This document shows, piece after piece, positions 44,585 through 56,200 of a stretch of 64,000 nt of DNA. How positions within the stretch are numbered: position 1 is the stretch's first letter; each line of letters begins with the position of its first letter. Where the stretch lies: positions 1,612,001 to 1,676,000 of the forward strand of contig OZ251227.1 of NCBI GenBank assembly GCA_965240325.2. The letters are read 5' to 3'. The DNA comes from Rebecca billardiae RCC1528 (taxonomy: Eukaryota > Protista > Haptophyta). The position numbers were made by a program, and so were the translations under genes. A model generated the notes under the pieces. The model did no database searches. It was not told the DNA's origin and saw nothing but the letters and a program-made list of their open reading frames with translations.

Positions 44585-46993
44585 ATGGCTGCCGCGAGCG
44601 ACGGCGGGCCAACCTGCGATGCTGACGTCGACCGGGTGATCGTGCACATCGACTGCGATGCGTTTTACGCGCAGGTGGAGGAATTGCGTGACCCGTCGTT
44701 GCGCAGCCGGCCGCTCGCAGTCACGCAGAAGTACCTGGTCGTGACGTGCAACTACCCGGCGCGCGAGCGCGGCGTCACCAAGCTGATGGCGACGGCAGCG
44801 GCGCTGAAGATCTGCCCAGAGCTCGCGCTAGTGAACGGGGAGGACCTGACGCCGTACCGCGCGGCCTCGAAGGCTCTCCGTGCTGCCCTCGCCCCCTTCG
44901 GCACCGTGCAGAAGCTCGGGCTGGACGAGTGCGTCGTCGATGTGACTACGCGCGCAAAACAGGCGGCGTCCACCGGGGCCGCGGCCGCTTGGTGCGGCCA
45001 CGTGCACGATGTGGCGCTGGGCACGAGCACGGCCGAAGCGCAGGCCGGTCGCACGCAGGTGTACCGCCCCATGGACTTGCGCGCGTGTGCCGCGCGTGCC
45101 CCAGCCGCGTCGCCGAGCGAGCGGCCTCACGACGATGACTCGGCTGGCATGGAGGCGGCGACGCTGTTGTTGATGCACGGCACTGCCATCGCCGCAGAGG
45201 CACGCGCGGCCGTGCGCGCCGCCACAGGGCTGCGCTGCTCCGCCGGCATCGCACACAACCCTCTGCTCGCCAAGCTCGTTTCCGGCCTGCACAAGCCGGA
45301 CGACCAGACGGCGCTGCGCGCGCGGGACGGGTGTGCGTTTGTCGCCCCGCTGCCCATCCGAGCGCTGCCGGGCGTGGGCGCGACGGTGGAGCGGGCGCTG
45401 CAGGGCGTGCTGGGCGTGCGCACGGCGGGCGAGCTGCGTGCGCACTCGCTCGCGGACGTCTCTCGGGCGCTTGCCGAAGGCGGCGCTTCCGCCGCCGCGG
45501 GCGGGCGCTCGACGCTCAGCGCGCGCGCTCTGCTGGGCATGGCGGTCGGCCGCGACCCGACGGCTGTGCGGCTGACCGCCCCGCCGGCGAGCCTGACTGT
45601 GGAGGACTCGTTCCGCCCGTGCGAGAGCCACGCGGAGCTCGCACTCACCGTGCGGCGCCTCGCGCCGGACCTCCTCGCGCGGCTCGCCGAGGAGCAGGCG
45701 GAGACGGGCCGTCGCGCGCGCACCCTCGTCGTGAAGTGGCGCGCGCGCGGAGGGCGCGCGGGCAGGCGCGTGAGCCGCTCAGCGCCCATGCCAACTCTCG
45801 TGTACTCTCGAGCGCGGCGCCGGCCGTCCGGCGCTGCGCCCGACGCGGCCTGGCCGCAGCACGCCCCCTCGATCTCGCCCGCGCTCGTCGCGCTCGAGCG
45901 CGCGGCCTCGGCGATTCTGCGCGAGCAGCTGCGCGAGCCGTTCGCCCTGACACTGCTCTCACTCGGTGCCACGGCGTTTGGCGCTGGGTCAGCCGCCGAG
46001 GGCGCGGCTCCGCGGGCGGCGGGCTTTGTGGCCGCGGCCGCGGCGGGGCCCGGCGCGGTCGCAGTGCGCCATTCGCCCGGCGCTGTGGCGGGGCATGCAG
46101 GTGAAGCCGCACACGCCGGCAGCTCGCCGTGTGGCGCGGAGGGCGCCCGGCCGCCGTCCAAGTCTGAGCTGAGACGCGCGGCCGACGACTCGCGAGCGGT
46201 CAGCGGCGCGGCTGTGGCGGGCGCGAACGCGGCGGGGCGCGTCGAGAGCGGTGGCGGCAGTTTCTGGGCGGAGCTCTCCGCAGCCGAGGCGGAGCAGTGC
46301 GACGAGCTTGGTGCCAGCCCGCACGCACGCCCCGAGCATGCCGCGGGCGCAGCGGCTGGCTGTGATCGGCGGGCGCGACAAGCGCTGCTGCTGTCCCCTC
46401 CGGTGCTCGACGGCAGCGGCCCAAGCGCGTCGCCGCCACCGCTAGCTGGGCCCGTCAACGGCGCGCAGCTGTTACACACAGGCGTGCCTGCGTCTGGCAC
46501 TGCTGGCGCTTGGGCGTGCCCCGTGTGCACCTTCGTGAACTGCAAGCCAGAGGCGCCCGTGTGCGAGGTGTGCGCAAGCGAGAGGTCTCGCGCGCTGTCG
46601 GTGCCATCGGCCGCAGGAGCGCGCGCACCCGAGGCGGCCTGTGACGGCGTGCCGCCATGCGGTGCCGCCGCGGGTAAAGCACAGGGCGACGTCTCTCTTG
46701 CGGTGGAGCCCGCGGTGGACGATGCGAGAGCCCTAGGTGCGGGTGGACCTGCCTCATCGCACGCCGCCGCCCTCTTTTCCAAGCGGTGGGCGATGCCGAC
46801 GCCACAGGGTCGCAGCGGTCATGCCTCCCGCACTCGCAGTCGTCCGAGCAGGAGTCCGGTCCGACATGCTGGCTCGCCCCATCACGACGGCCATGTTGCT
46901 GCCCGCCATGATGAAGACGATCATCACCGGCGTGCAGCTCATGTTGCTGATGGCCCCATGGAGCGCTTCATTGTCCGCCGCCGGCTACTGTAG
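44585..46993 (+). CDS. POLI: Y-family DNA polymerase iota-like with RanBP2-type zinc finger
   Basis: IVHIDCDAFYAQVE, PLAVTQKYLVVTCNYPAR, NGEDLTPYR, LGLDE and LAKLVSGLHKPDDQT; WACPVCTFVN..EAPVCEVC. Confidence 0.9.
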   Translation: MAAASDGGPTCDADVDRVIVHIDCDAFYAQVEELRDPSLRSRPLAVTQKYLVVTCNYPARERGVTKLMATAAALKICPELALVNGEDLTPYRAASKALRAALAPFGTVQKLGLDECVVDVTTRAKQAASTGAAAAWCGHVHDVALGTSTAEAQAGRTQVYRPMDLRACAARAPAASPSERPHDDDSAGMEAATLLLMHGTAIAAEARAAVRAATGLRCSAGIAHNPLLAKLVSGLHKPDDQTALRARDGCAFVAPLPIRALPGVGATVERALQGVLGVRTAGELRAHSLADVSRALAEGGASAAAGGRSTLSARALLGMAVGRDPTAVRLTAPPASLTVEDSFRPCESHAELALTVRRLAPDLLARLAEEQAETGRRARTLVVKWRARGGRAGRRVSRSAPMPTLVYSRARRRPSGAAPDAAWPQHAPSISPALVALERAASAILREQLREPFALTLLSLGATAFGAGSAAEGAAPRAAGFVAAAAAGPGAVAVRHSPGAVAGHAGEAAHAGSSPCGAEGARPPSKSELRRAADDSRAVSGAAVAGANAAGRVESGGGSFWAELSAAEAEQCDELGASPHARPEHAAGAAAGCDRRARQALLLSPPVLDGSGPSASPPPLAGPVNGAQLLHTGVPASGTAGAWACPVCTFVNCKPEAPVCEVCASERSRALSVPSAAGARAPEAACDGVPPCGAAAGKAQGDVSLAVEPAVDDARALGAGGPASSHAAALFSKRWAMPTPQGRSGHASRTRSRPSRSPVRHAGSPHHDGHVAARHDEDDHHRRAAHVADGPMERFIVRRRLL

Positions 46994-47315
46994 CGTAGTT
47001 CACTGAAGGACTACGACCTATTCTCACAGTCGTGTCAAATAGTGATGATGGCGCGAGTCGTATATAGTATTAGCAGCATTAATTATAGCGCGCAGTATAG
47101 ATGGCCATAGCAGTAGACTCAAAATCACTCAAATTGATGTAGTCGCGTAGTAAATAAGTAAAACTCCCGATCGGCCTAGTGTAGTAAGTGTAGTGACATC
47201 TGAGTCGGTAGGTACGTCAATCTGCTGCAGCCCGCGCGCCCTGCGCTCATCGTCGTTTCACTGACGATGATTGGTGCTGACACCATAGATATGCTGATAC
47301 AGTCAGCAGCAGGGC

Positions 47316-47957
47316 TTAGCAGCCCTCCGACGGTTCTGCGGTCATTTCGCTTACAAGGTCTATAGCTGCGACGCCCACAGCACCTGTGCCGACCAGCTGT
47401 GCGATGGTGCCCGAGTTCACGCCACCCATGGCGAAGACAGCGAGGCGAGGATGCGCACGGACAAGCTCCGCGAGGCGTGCGGCACCGAGAGTCTCCGCGC
47501 CAGGATGCGAGCGCGTGGGAAACACCGGCGAGAGGAACGCCGCGTCCGCGCCCAGCTGCTCTGCTCGCGCGAGCCCATCTGCGCCATGGCACGCAGCTGT
47601 GAATCGCCAGGCTGGCCTTCGCTCGCGCCATCGGATGAGCTCATCCAAGAGCTGCTCGGGGCAGTGAAGACCGTCTGCGTCCAGGGTGTCGGCGAGATCC
47701 GGATCTCGCGCCACCAAGAAGGGCAAACCCCTTCCACGACAGGCATCGCGGACGCGCGACGCCACCTCTAAGCGTGCAGGTTGATCGAGGTGGTAGTCTC
47801 TGAAGACAACCCACGAGCCCGCGGGGAGTCGCGCCACGAGGGGAGCAAAGGGGCCCTGCCGCCGCTCGTCCGTCACGGCGATAAAGCAGGGCAGAGCGCG
47901 ATTGGCCAATGCCGAGTCCCTCGGTAGAGAGGAGAGGGTGTGCCGCCACGCCGCCAT
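47316..47957 (-). CDS. Thiamine-phosphate synthase/TenI family protein
   Basis: VTDERR, VVFRDY, ADGLH, TAACH, GADAAFLSPVFPTRSHPG and VFAMGGV. Confidence 0.88.
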   Translation of the reverse strand: MAAWRHTLSSLPRDSALANRALPCFIAVTDERRQGPFAPLVARLPAGSWVVFRDYHLDQPARLEVASRVRDACRGRGLPFLVARDPDLADTLDADGLHCPEQLLDELIRWRERRPAWRFTAACHGADGLARAEQLGADAAFLSPVFPTRSHPGAETLGAARLAELVRAHPRLAVFAMGGVNSGTIAQLVGTGAVGVAAIDLVSEMTAEPSEGC

Positions 47958-48224
47958 GCTGTCGATCTCGATTGAGGGCCTCGAAGGCTCAGCGAGGGCT
48001 TTCGGCAGGCGACGTTTCTTTCCGTTCGGCTTGCTTCGGGGTCGACGTCCAATCAAAGGAATGAATCAATGAGCACTGAGTAGGGCGTAATCGACCAATC
48101 GTCGTGCGTCCGGTAAACTTTTGCTCTGGATCCGGAGCCATCGGGACGAGCTTGGTCGTGAGTTTGGCTGGCCCTGCCCGCCTCGGCTCGGCCGCCCGCG
48201 TGCCTGCTCACGGCCACCGAGACG

Positions 48225-49734
48225 ATGAGCGGCCGACGCCGGCAACGGAGCTTTCCGCACAACAAGTGGATGCCCGAGGAGGTGGATATCATCTACCGCT
48301 GCCTCGCTGACGCCCAGCTCATGGCAAATTTCGACTCCGAAGTCTTTCCCTGCGGGCAGTTCCCCACCGTGCGCGTCTCGTCGCACATCACAGAAGGGCA
48401 CGCGTACTTCCCGCTCTGCAAGGCGATCGCCGACCAGATCCTGGAGCACGCGGGCGAGGCAAACGCCAACTGCATGCGCCCGCTGCACTCCATCGCCAGG
48501 AAGATCCAGGACATGCGCGAGTTCACACTGTCGTGCAACGAGTCGATCGAGGACCCGCTGGTGCTATACGGCGCGTTCGACCTGATGGCCTTCATGGAGC
48601 AGCCGCGCACGAGCAGCGGGGCAATCGTGCTCAGGCCGCCGCGCCAACTGCCGAACCCCGAAGACGTGAGCGCCCTCATGTCCGCCGACTGCCCGCCACC
48701 CACGCGCGACGGCGCGACGATCACGTTCCAGACGCGCCTGCTCAACCCGTACCTCGCGTGCACGCTCTGCATGGGGTACTTCCGCGAGGCGTGCACGATC
48801 ATCGAGTGCCTGCACACGTTCTGCAAGACGTGCATCAGGGACCACTTCCGCGACTCGCAGCACTGCCCCACGTGCAACAAGGACCTCGGCGGCAACCCGG
48901 CCGAGCTCGTGCGCAACGACCGCACGCTGCAGTCGATCGTGGACAAGGTGCTCGCGCCCGATCCGGACGGGCTGTCCGGGAGCAAGAGGGTGAGCAAGCT
49001 CGCGAGCGCGCGTGCGCGCGTGGCGCCAAGCACGCGAGCGCGCGCGCGCTCGTGGGGCGCGTGCCCGCCCGTCAGCCCGCGGCGCGCGCGTCTCACGCAC
49101 GCGCGCGCCCCCGCGTGCCGTGCCCGCCACCGCCCAGCCGCTCGAGGGCGCCGGGCTGCCGCTCGAGAAGCGGCTGCGCACAGAGACCGGCATGGGGCAC
49201 ATCTCCTTCTCGCTGCACGCGGAGGGCGAGTCGGACGTGTCCGCGCTCGGCCGGCCGTTCCTGCGGACCGACTCGACGATGACGATCAACCACCTGCGCA
49301 AGTACGTCCTGGCAAAGACGCACACGACCGTGCCGCCCGACTGCGCGCTGCAGATCCTGTGCCACGACCAGGTGCTGCGTGCTGACTGGACGCTCGCCTG
49401 CGCGTACAACGAGTGCTGGAACAACCCGCTGCAGGACATGGTCCTCAAGTACCGCATGGTGAAGAAGGAGACGCCCACCAAGACGCCCGTGCTGGCAGCG
49501 GCGGAGGCCGATGGTGACGGCGACGGCGACGGCGCGCGCGAGCTCGACTTCATGGGCGTTGACGCGGACGAGAAGGCTGACGAGCCTGATGGTCCCGGCG
49601 CTGCTGCCGAGGATGCGCCGCTCGATGGCACTGTGACGGTCCACGTGAACGAGGAGACTGCTGCCGACGAGCAGACCGTCGGTGATGCGGAGCAGGCTCC
49701 CAAACCAGCGACCGAGGGTCCCAGCAGCAGCTGA
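48225..49734 (+). CDS. Polycomb group RING finger (PCGF/BMI1-like) with RAWUL domain; intron 48990-49137
   Basis: LNPYLACTLCMGYFREACTIIECLHTFCKTCI...CPTC...DRTLQSIVDK; RPFLRTDSTMTINHLRKY..K, QILC, WTL and MVLKYR. Confidence 0.9.
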
Positions 49735-50292
49735 TTGCTGAATCGCCTGTGCGAGTGACAATGTGATGCTGCATTATCACGCTTCAATGCCATTCACTGC
49801 GCGCGGCGTCGGACGACAATGCTGCTGCGGTAGTAGTAGTGGCGACTCATGATGATATGGCTATATGCTGACTGTAATTAACGACGACAAATCGACACTA
49901 TATGTCGCGACTCGACGCAGAGATTCATTTAATGATTTATGGCCCGCGGTGCAGGGCGGAGCGCGTAGCGTGGAGCCCCGCCGGGGGCCCTCACTACGTT
50001 GTCAAAAAGATCTTTTGATCAAAGAAAAGGGGACGGGGGACGATTTTTAGGGCTGTTGGAGGGTGAGTTTTCGCTTTTTCGAGGGGTACGTTGGCCCATA
50101 GTGCTCTGCATTAGCAACTACGCGCTTGACGAAATAAGCGCGCCCACGCCATTCCGCATAAGTCGATGGACGGACGTGGGATCAGATACCCCGGGGGTGA
50201 AACAAGTGAGTATTTTTGTCCTTCTTGTATGCTGGAGTACGAGTTTGCCGAGCGACGTTTGATTGTTTTGGGTCGAAAACAGCTATGAGGCC

Positions 50293-50510
50293 AGATTCTT
50301 TTGAATAGCGCTTGCGAAAATAAGTTACCCGCCTGTCTCGATGGATGAACCGCCTCATGGTATTGAAAGAGATTCTTTTAAATAAGGCTTTTAAACCAAG
50401 TTACCCACCTGTCTCGTTGGATGAACCTCCTCATCATATTGAAGAGATTCTTTTGAATAGCGCTATTTAAAGCCAGTTACCCGCTTGCCTCGATGGATGA
50501 ACCTCCCGTC
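50293..50510 (+). repeat. Three ~77-bp AT-rich tandem units inside E4
   Basis: AGATTCTTTT...AGTTACCC(G/A)C..G.CTCG.TGGATGAACC occurs three times. Confidence 0.85.
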
Positions 50511-52496
50511 ATCCCGTGCCTGTGATGAAGAGAGAGGCGCTTGTGAGTTGCCGGAAAACAGGTTACCCGCCCGCCAGTTGCGGGAGGCCCGAGGGCGCTG
50601 GGCGGGCGAGGAAGTGCCGTGCAAAGGCGCGCACCGAGTGCGCCACGGGTGCCGGCCGGCCGCTGGTCTCGCCCTATCGCCTTCCGCCCTCCCCGAGCGC
50701 GCCTGCAGGTACCTCCGGACGCGCATTCGGCTTGCTCACTCGATCAGCTCACTCACAGCTGCCGGTCACGCAGCCGCGCGGCGGCCCCGCGCGACCTGAG
50801 GTCACCGCGGCCGAAAGTGTGCGTGCGCGCCGCGCCGGTGCCCTCGCGCCGGTGGCGTGGGCTGGCTGGCTGCTGGTCTCGCCCACGCGCCCCACTCACC
50901 CCAAGCGCGCAACGCCTGCGGGAAGCGCCGGCACCATACCGCTAGCTGACTACTGCCTGCACGTCGACGCCGTCGGCGCCGCGCCTCGATCGATCGTCGA
51001 CTCGCAGACCGCGTTGCGACTCCGTCCGCGCCCGCGCGCAGGGTGGGAGATGCTGATGCAGGAGCAGATGCAGGACTCGGACGCCGAGCTGGAGTCGAGC
51101 GCCACGTTCCGCACCCACTGCTACGCATACGGCGCTCCTGCGCGAAGACTGGCCGTACGGTGCTCGTGGTGCCGTCTGTCCGAGTCTTTGCGCGAACTAC
51201 TTCGTTCGTCGGCTTGCTTGGAGATGATCTGATGAGAGATGCAAGGCGATCAATAGGCGGAATGAGCCCCGGGGTCGCGCGAGCTCGCCCACCTCGCCCG
51301 GCGCGCACGCCGACGCCGCCACCGCGGCTCGGCGGCCGGACTAATCTCGGCCCGCGGCGCGTGCCCGTCCCCCCGGCCGGGCGCACGCCGCCGCCGGGCG
51401 CCGCCGCCGCGCAGGCAGTGCACTCGGTGGACGAGGAGACGGCCCTGCTGCGCGCGGAGCGCTGCGCGCCGCGCGCTGCTCCTGCTGCGGTGCGCAGCAG
51501 TCCGCTCGTCCGCCCCGCGGGCTCGCCACGGAGCCGACGAGGCCGGACTAATCTCGGCCCGCCGGGCGCGTGCGTCGGGCAGCGTCGGCCCCCGGGCCGG
51601 CGGTGCGCGCCGCCGCCGCCGCCGCGCAGGCCGTGCACTCAGTGGATGAGGAGACGGCCCCGTGCGCAGACGAGGAGGTGCCCATCAGCGGCACACTTTA
51701 CGCGCTGCGGCGGCGGCTGCGCGCATCATCGAGTTAGATTAGTTACCGTAGGCGCGGTGGCAGCAGCTCCGACTGCTCAGGCCCTCAGCTCAGGCGAACG
51801 GCAACGCTGAAGCTTGGCGATGACTCGCGAACTCAGTCAGGAAGTCAGTAGCTACATGTCCTAAGACAGACTCGCCGCCTGAGCCATATTGAAAGCGGTT
51901 AAATAAACAGTTCTAACGATCCTTCGATCAAGCTCAATAGCAATCTCATCATCTATAGAATCTTTATGACTGCGCGCCCTTCAATCTGAATATCATGAAC
52001 GGTACGGAAACTGACTTTGTGCCTCATGTGCCCGTCGTCCTAATCGTACGACGTGCGTTAAGTTTTCTGTTTTGTCGCAACATGGGGGTATGGGGGTAAT
52101 CAGTGATTTATTGTTGTTCGGTCTTTCACACCCGCGCCTTTTACCCCCTAATACTGAAAGATACTGACTTTGCGCACGCGCTCCTCCTAATCGTTCGTGC
52201 GTTAAGTTTCGTCGCGCAATCATGGCCCGTTGCTGCTTGGTCTTTCACACCCTCGCCTTTTACCCCCTATGGGGGTAATACTGAAAGATACTAGTTAATG
52301 ATGAGGCCGGCCAGGTTCGTTCGCGAACGACCACTTATGAACGACGATATAATAAACTTCTCAAGCTCAATAGCAATATATCTCTATTATAAAAACATCT
52401 GACCCGCGCGCCCTCCAATCAAAAGCAGCATATACTTTACGACGATGATGATCGTCGTCGGCAGCAAAAGTCCGTTGGCCCTTGAGCCGGGACGCC

Positions 52497-53189
52497 ATGC
52501 TCGAACAGAGTGCCGAACAGATGCTGGGCAACGTCGACGAGTTCCCCGTGACGGCAGAAGAGGCCGCGCTCCTCGTGGCAGCGATAGAGGAGTACGAGCG
52601 GGTCGACGAGTTCCGTGACCCTGTACTCGACGCAGCCATGCTTGCAATCCCTGACGACCAGGTGGAGTGGCCGTGCGCTCTTCACCAATGCGCTCGCTCT
52701 CCCGACGGCCGGTCGACATCGGCAACGCCGGTGCAGCACGAGTCTGCCGAGTCCACGCCGCCCGACCAGCAAATCCCTGCTGCCAAGAGCTTCTCGCGCA
52801 GCTCGCGGCGCGGTCTCACGCTCGGCGTCGACACGAGCCGTGAGGAGTCGAGCGTTTCAAGGCCGGTCGACGAGCAGGCGATCATCCGGCAGCTCGACGC
52901 AAACGAGTCGCGCGCGCAGCAGCCTGCTCAGCCACCCCTGCCCACCATCGTCTGGCCGCAGCAGCAGCTCGCTCTGCCGGGTGGCGGCAACGGGATGTTT
53001 GGCATCTGTCTGTTCCCACAGCCGCCCGCCGGTTTACCAGACCGTTCTTCGTGCGGCGGTGTCTTGAGGCGACACCTCGCAACCTCGGGCTGGAGGACTA
53101 GCCAGCCAGTGTGGGCGTGCGCCCCCGGGCGGCATCGGCCGCCGAGTTGCAGGCAAGCCGACGTGCCGCTGCGAGCCGGAGCCTCATGA
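52497..53189 (+). CDS. Hypothetical ORF within E4
   Basis: Acidic helical N-terminus (MLEQSAEQMLGNVDEF...) with coding-like codon usage; no family recognised. Confidence 0.3.
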   Translation: MLEQSAEQMLGNVDEFPVTAEEAALLVAAIEEYERVDEFRDPVLDAAMLAIPDDQVEWPCALHQCARSPDGRSTSATPVQHESAESTPPDQQIPAAKSFSRSSRRGLTLGVDTSREESSVSRPVDEQAIIRQLDANESRAQQPAQPPLPTIVWPQQQLALPGGGNGMFGICLFPQPPAGLPDRSSCGGVLRRHLATSGWRTSQPVWACAPGRHRPPSCRQADVPLRAGAS

Positions 53190-53208
53190 CGTTCATGCGG
53201 TCGGCGGA

Positions 53209-56200
53209 CACAGCAACGATTTCTTTTTTAAAGCGGCCGTTAAGGAAACTCCAACAAATGAGTTTTCAGCCGTTAACGGCTGAATCTGGTGGTCCGGGCC
53301 AAATCCCGAGAGCGTTCGTCGCTCGGCGTCGCACGGACGCCGTCGCAGGGCTTGGCGAGCGGACGTTCGACTCGCGGTGCGAGCGCGCGCCGTGCGTGCG
53401 CGTGTGGCGGCGTCCACGTCGCCGCTGCGCCACCGGTGCTCTAATCGCGGGTGTTCCCCAACCTATCCCCCGCCTGCCCCGCACCCGCTCCGCGTCCCGA
53501 CGCGCCACACCGATCTACTTTGCTAGGTCTGTTCGTAACACGGTGCGAATTCGCGCCCGCCCGCACGCCGCTGCGCGCGGGGATGCAGGAAGTGTATGGA
53601 GGGGCGCGGAGTTGTTATTCAGGCGGCGGGTTACTCGTGATGCACGCACATGCGCAGCGGGAACGCTTACTTTTGCATGGGTGACCGGGAATTTGCATCA
53701 GACTAACTTGCTGCGGCTGCGCCCGGCACGGCCGCGCGGCGGACCGCGCTCGCCGCGCGCAGCAATGGCGACGGCTGTGCTCACCGTGGGCAAGGGCAAG
53801 CGTTCCTGCGCGAAGCCTAGGAAGCCCAAGCTGCATCGCAAAGGTGCCTAACGCATCGGGCGCCACGTCTCTGCCGCATCTGCATGGCTGCGCATGGCCG
53901 CGGCGCTCAGCCGCACGAGATGCTCAAGCTGCGCGCGCGCGAGGCCGCGAGCGAGGTGGACCACTCGATCATGCCGAACGAGAACTACCTGGCGGAGGTC
54001 AAGCGCAGCGTCAACAGCCTCGTCGCCATCAAGGCCCAGCGGAAGAAGAACAACCTGCTGCGTGTAGCCAAGCTGCGGCTCTTCTCGTGAGACGCGCTCG
54101 TCTTGCATGCCTTCACCTCGCTCGACGACGAGGGCGTCGTGCACTAGGCGCGCGAGAAGGACCGCACACTGAGCATCGTGGGCTCGCGCCAGCCCGAGAG
54201 TTCTCGACGTGGCTCAACCTGGGCATGCGCCACCCGATCCCGCCGCCGGTGGCTGGCTCACGTGAGAGCGCGCTGCGCAATCGCGAGCACGCGGGCGCGG
54301 GCGTGATGATGATCGGCAGCGAGTCGGCGGCGCGGCCGTGGCCGCAGGCCGTGGGCGCCGTGCTGGATCGCTTGGAGCACTACGGCAAGTCCGCGCGCCC
54401 GCGCGGGCAGCCGCATGTCCTCCTCCTCTCGGCGGACACGGGCCAAACGCAGCGCACTCGCGCGCGGCCACGATCGCCATCGTGCGCAACTATGAGGGTG
54501 TTGCGCTCGCGTCGTCGGAGGCGATCGCCATCTCGGAGCGGCCGGACTCGGACATGCCCGAGCTATGGAGCGCGGACGCCGACGGGATCAATGACGTGAT
54601 CCGGAGCGGCCGGCTCCCACCGCGACCGGCGCCGCCAGCTGCCGCCGCTGCACGTGGCCAGCGCGGCAGGGCGGCGCGGCTGGCGGCGCTGCAGGCGGCG
54701 CGGCCGGCGACGCGGCCGGCGGCGCGGCCGGCGGCAGCGGCGGCAGCGGCAGCGGTAGCGGCGTAGCTGGCGGTGCCGCCGGCGCTGGAGTCCGCGCGGC
54801 CGGTTGCGCGGTCGGCGGCGCGGCCGGCGGCGCGGCGGGCGGCGCGGCTGGCAACGCGGGCGCGTCCGCGGGCACGGGCGGCGGCGCGGCCGGCGCGAGC
54901 GGCAGCGGCAGCGGCGTGGCTGGCGGCACAGTCGGCGCTGGCGTCCGTGCGGCCGGTGGCGCGGCCGGCGGCGCGGCCAGCGGCGCGGCTGACAGCGCGG
55001 GCGGTGGCGCGGCCGGCGGCGGCACTGCCGGCGGCGGCGCGGCCGGCGGCGCGGCCGCGCGCGGCCGGCGCGGCCGGCAGCAGCGGCGGCAGCTGCAGCG
55101 ACAGCGGCGTGACTGGCGACACAGCCGGCGTTGGCGTCCGCGCGGCCGGTGGCGCGGCCTGCGGCGCGGCCGGCGGCGCGGCTGACAGCGCGGGCGATGG
55201 CGGGCCCGGTGGCGGCGCGCCCGACGGCGGCACGCCCGACAACTGCGCGCCAGGCGGCGGTGCGCCCGGCGACGCGGCCGGACGCGGCCGGCGGCGCGGC
55301 TGGCAACGCGGGCGCGGGTGCTGGCGGCGGCGCGGGCGGCGCGGGCGGCAGCTGCAGTGGCGTGGCTGGCGGCACAGCTGGCGTTGGCGTCCGCGCGGCT
55401 GGAGGCGCGGCCAGAGGTGCGGCCGGCGGCGCGGACAGCGGCGCGGCTGACAGCGCTCGCGATCGCGCGGCCGGCGGCGGCGCGGCCGGCGGCGGCGCGG
55501 CCGGCGGCGGCGCGGCCGGCGGTGGCGCGGCCGGCGGCGGCGCGGCCGGTGCGGGCGGCAGCAGCAGCACTGGTGGCAGCAGCAGCGGCAGCTGCGTGGC
55601 TGGCGGCACCGCTGGCGCTGGCGTCCGCGCGGCCGGTGGCGCGGCCGGCGGCGCGGCCGGGGGCGCGGCCGGGGGCGCGGCTGGCAACGTGGGCGCGGGC
55701 GCGGGCGCGGGCGGCGGCGTGGGCGGCGCGGCCGGCAGTGGCAGCGGCGTGGCTAGCGGCACAGCCGGTGCTGGCGTCCGCGTGGCCGGTGGCGCGGCAT
55801 GTGGCGCGGCCAGCCGCGCGGCTGACAGTGCGGGTGGTGGTGCGGCTGGTGGCGGCGCGGCCGGCGGCGGCGCGGCCGGCGGCGGCGCGCAGCAGCGCGG
55901 CCTCGGTGGCAGCACTGCCTCGGCAGGCGGCAGCGCGGCCGGCGGCGGTTTTGGCGGCGGCGCCGAGGCGGCCGACTACGCGGAGGAGCAGAAGGCCATC
56001 GTGGCGTGCACCGGCGCTTACGCCAGCCTCGCCAGCCTCGCCGGCCAGGGCTCGCACAACGTCCCACCGCTCCGCTTCAACGTCTGGGCGGTCACGGAGG
56101 CGGGCGCAGACGGCGTCTCGCCTCAGGCGGCGGGGGCGCCTCGTGCAGCTCGCGGACGAGCAGGTGCAGGGGCATTTCGTGCAGGTGACCAAGCGTGCGA

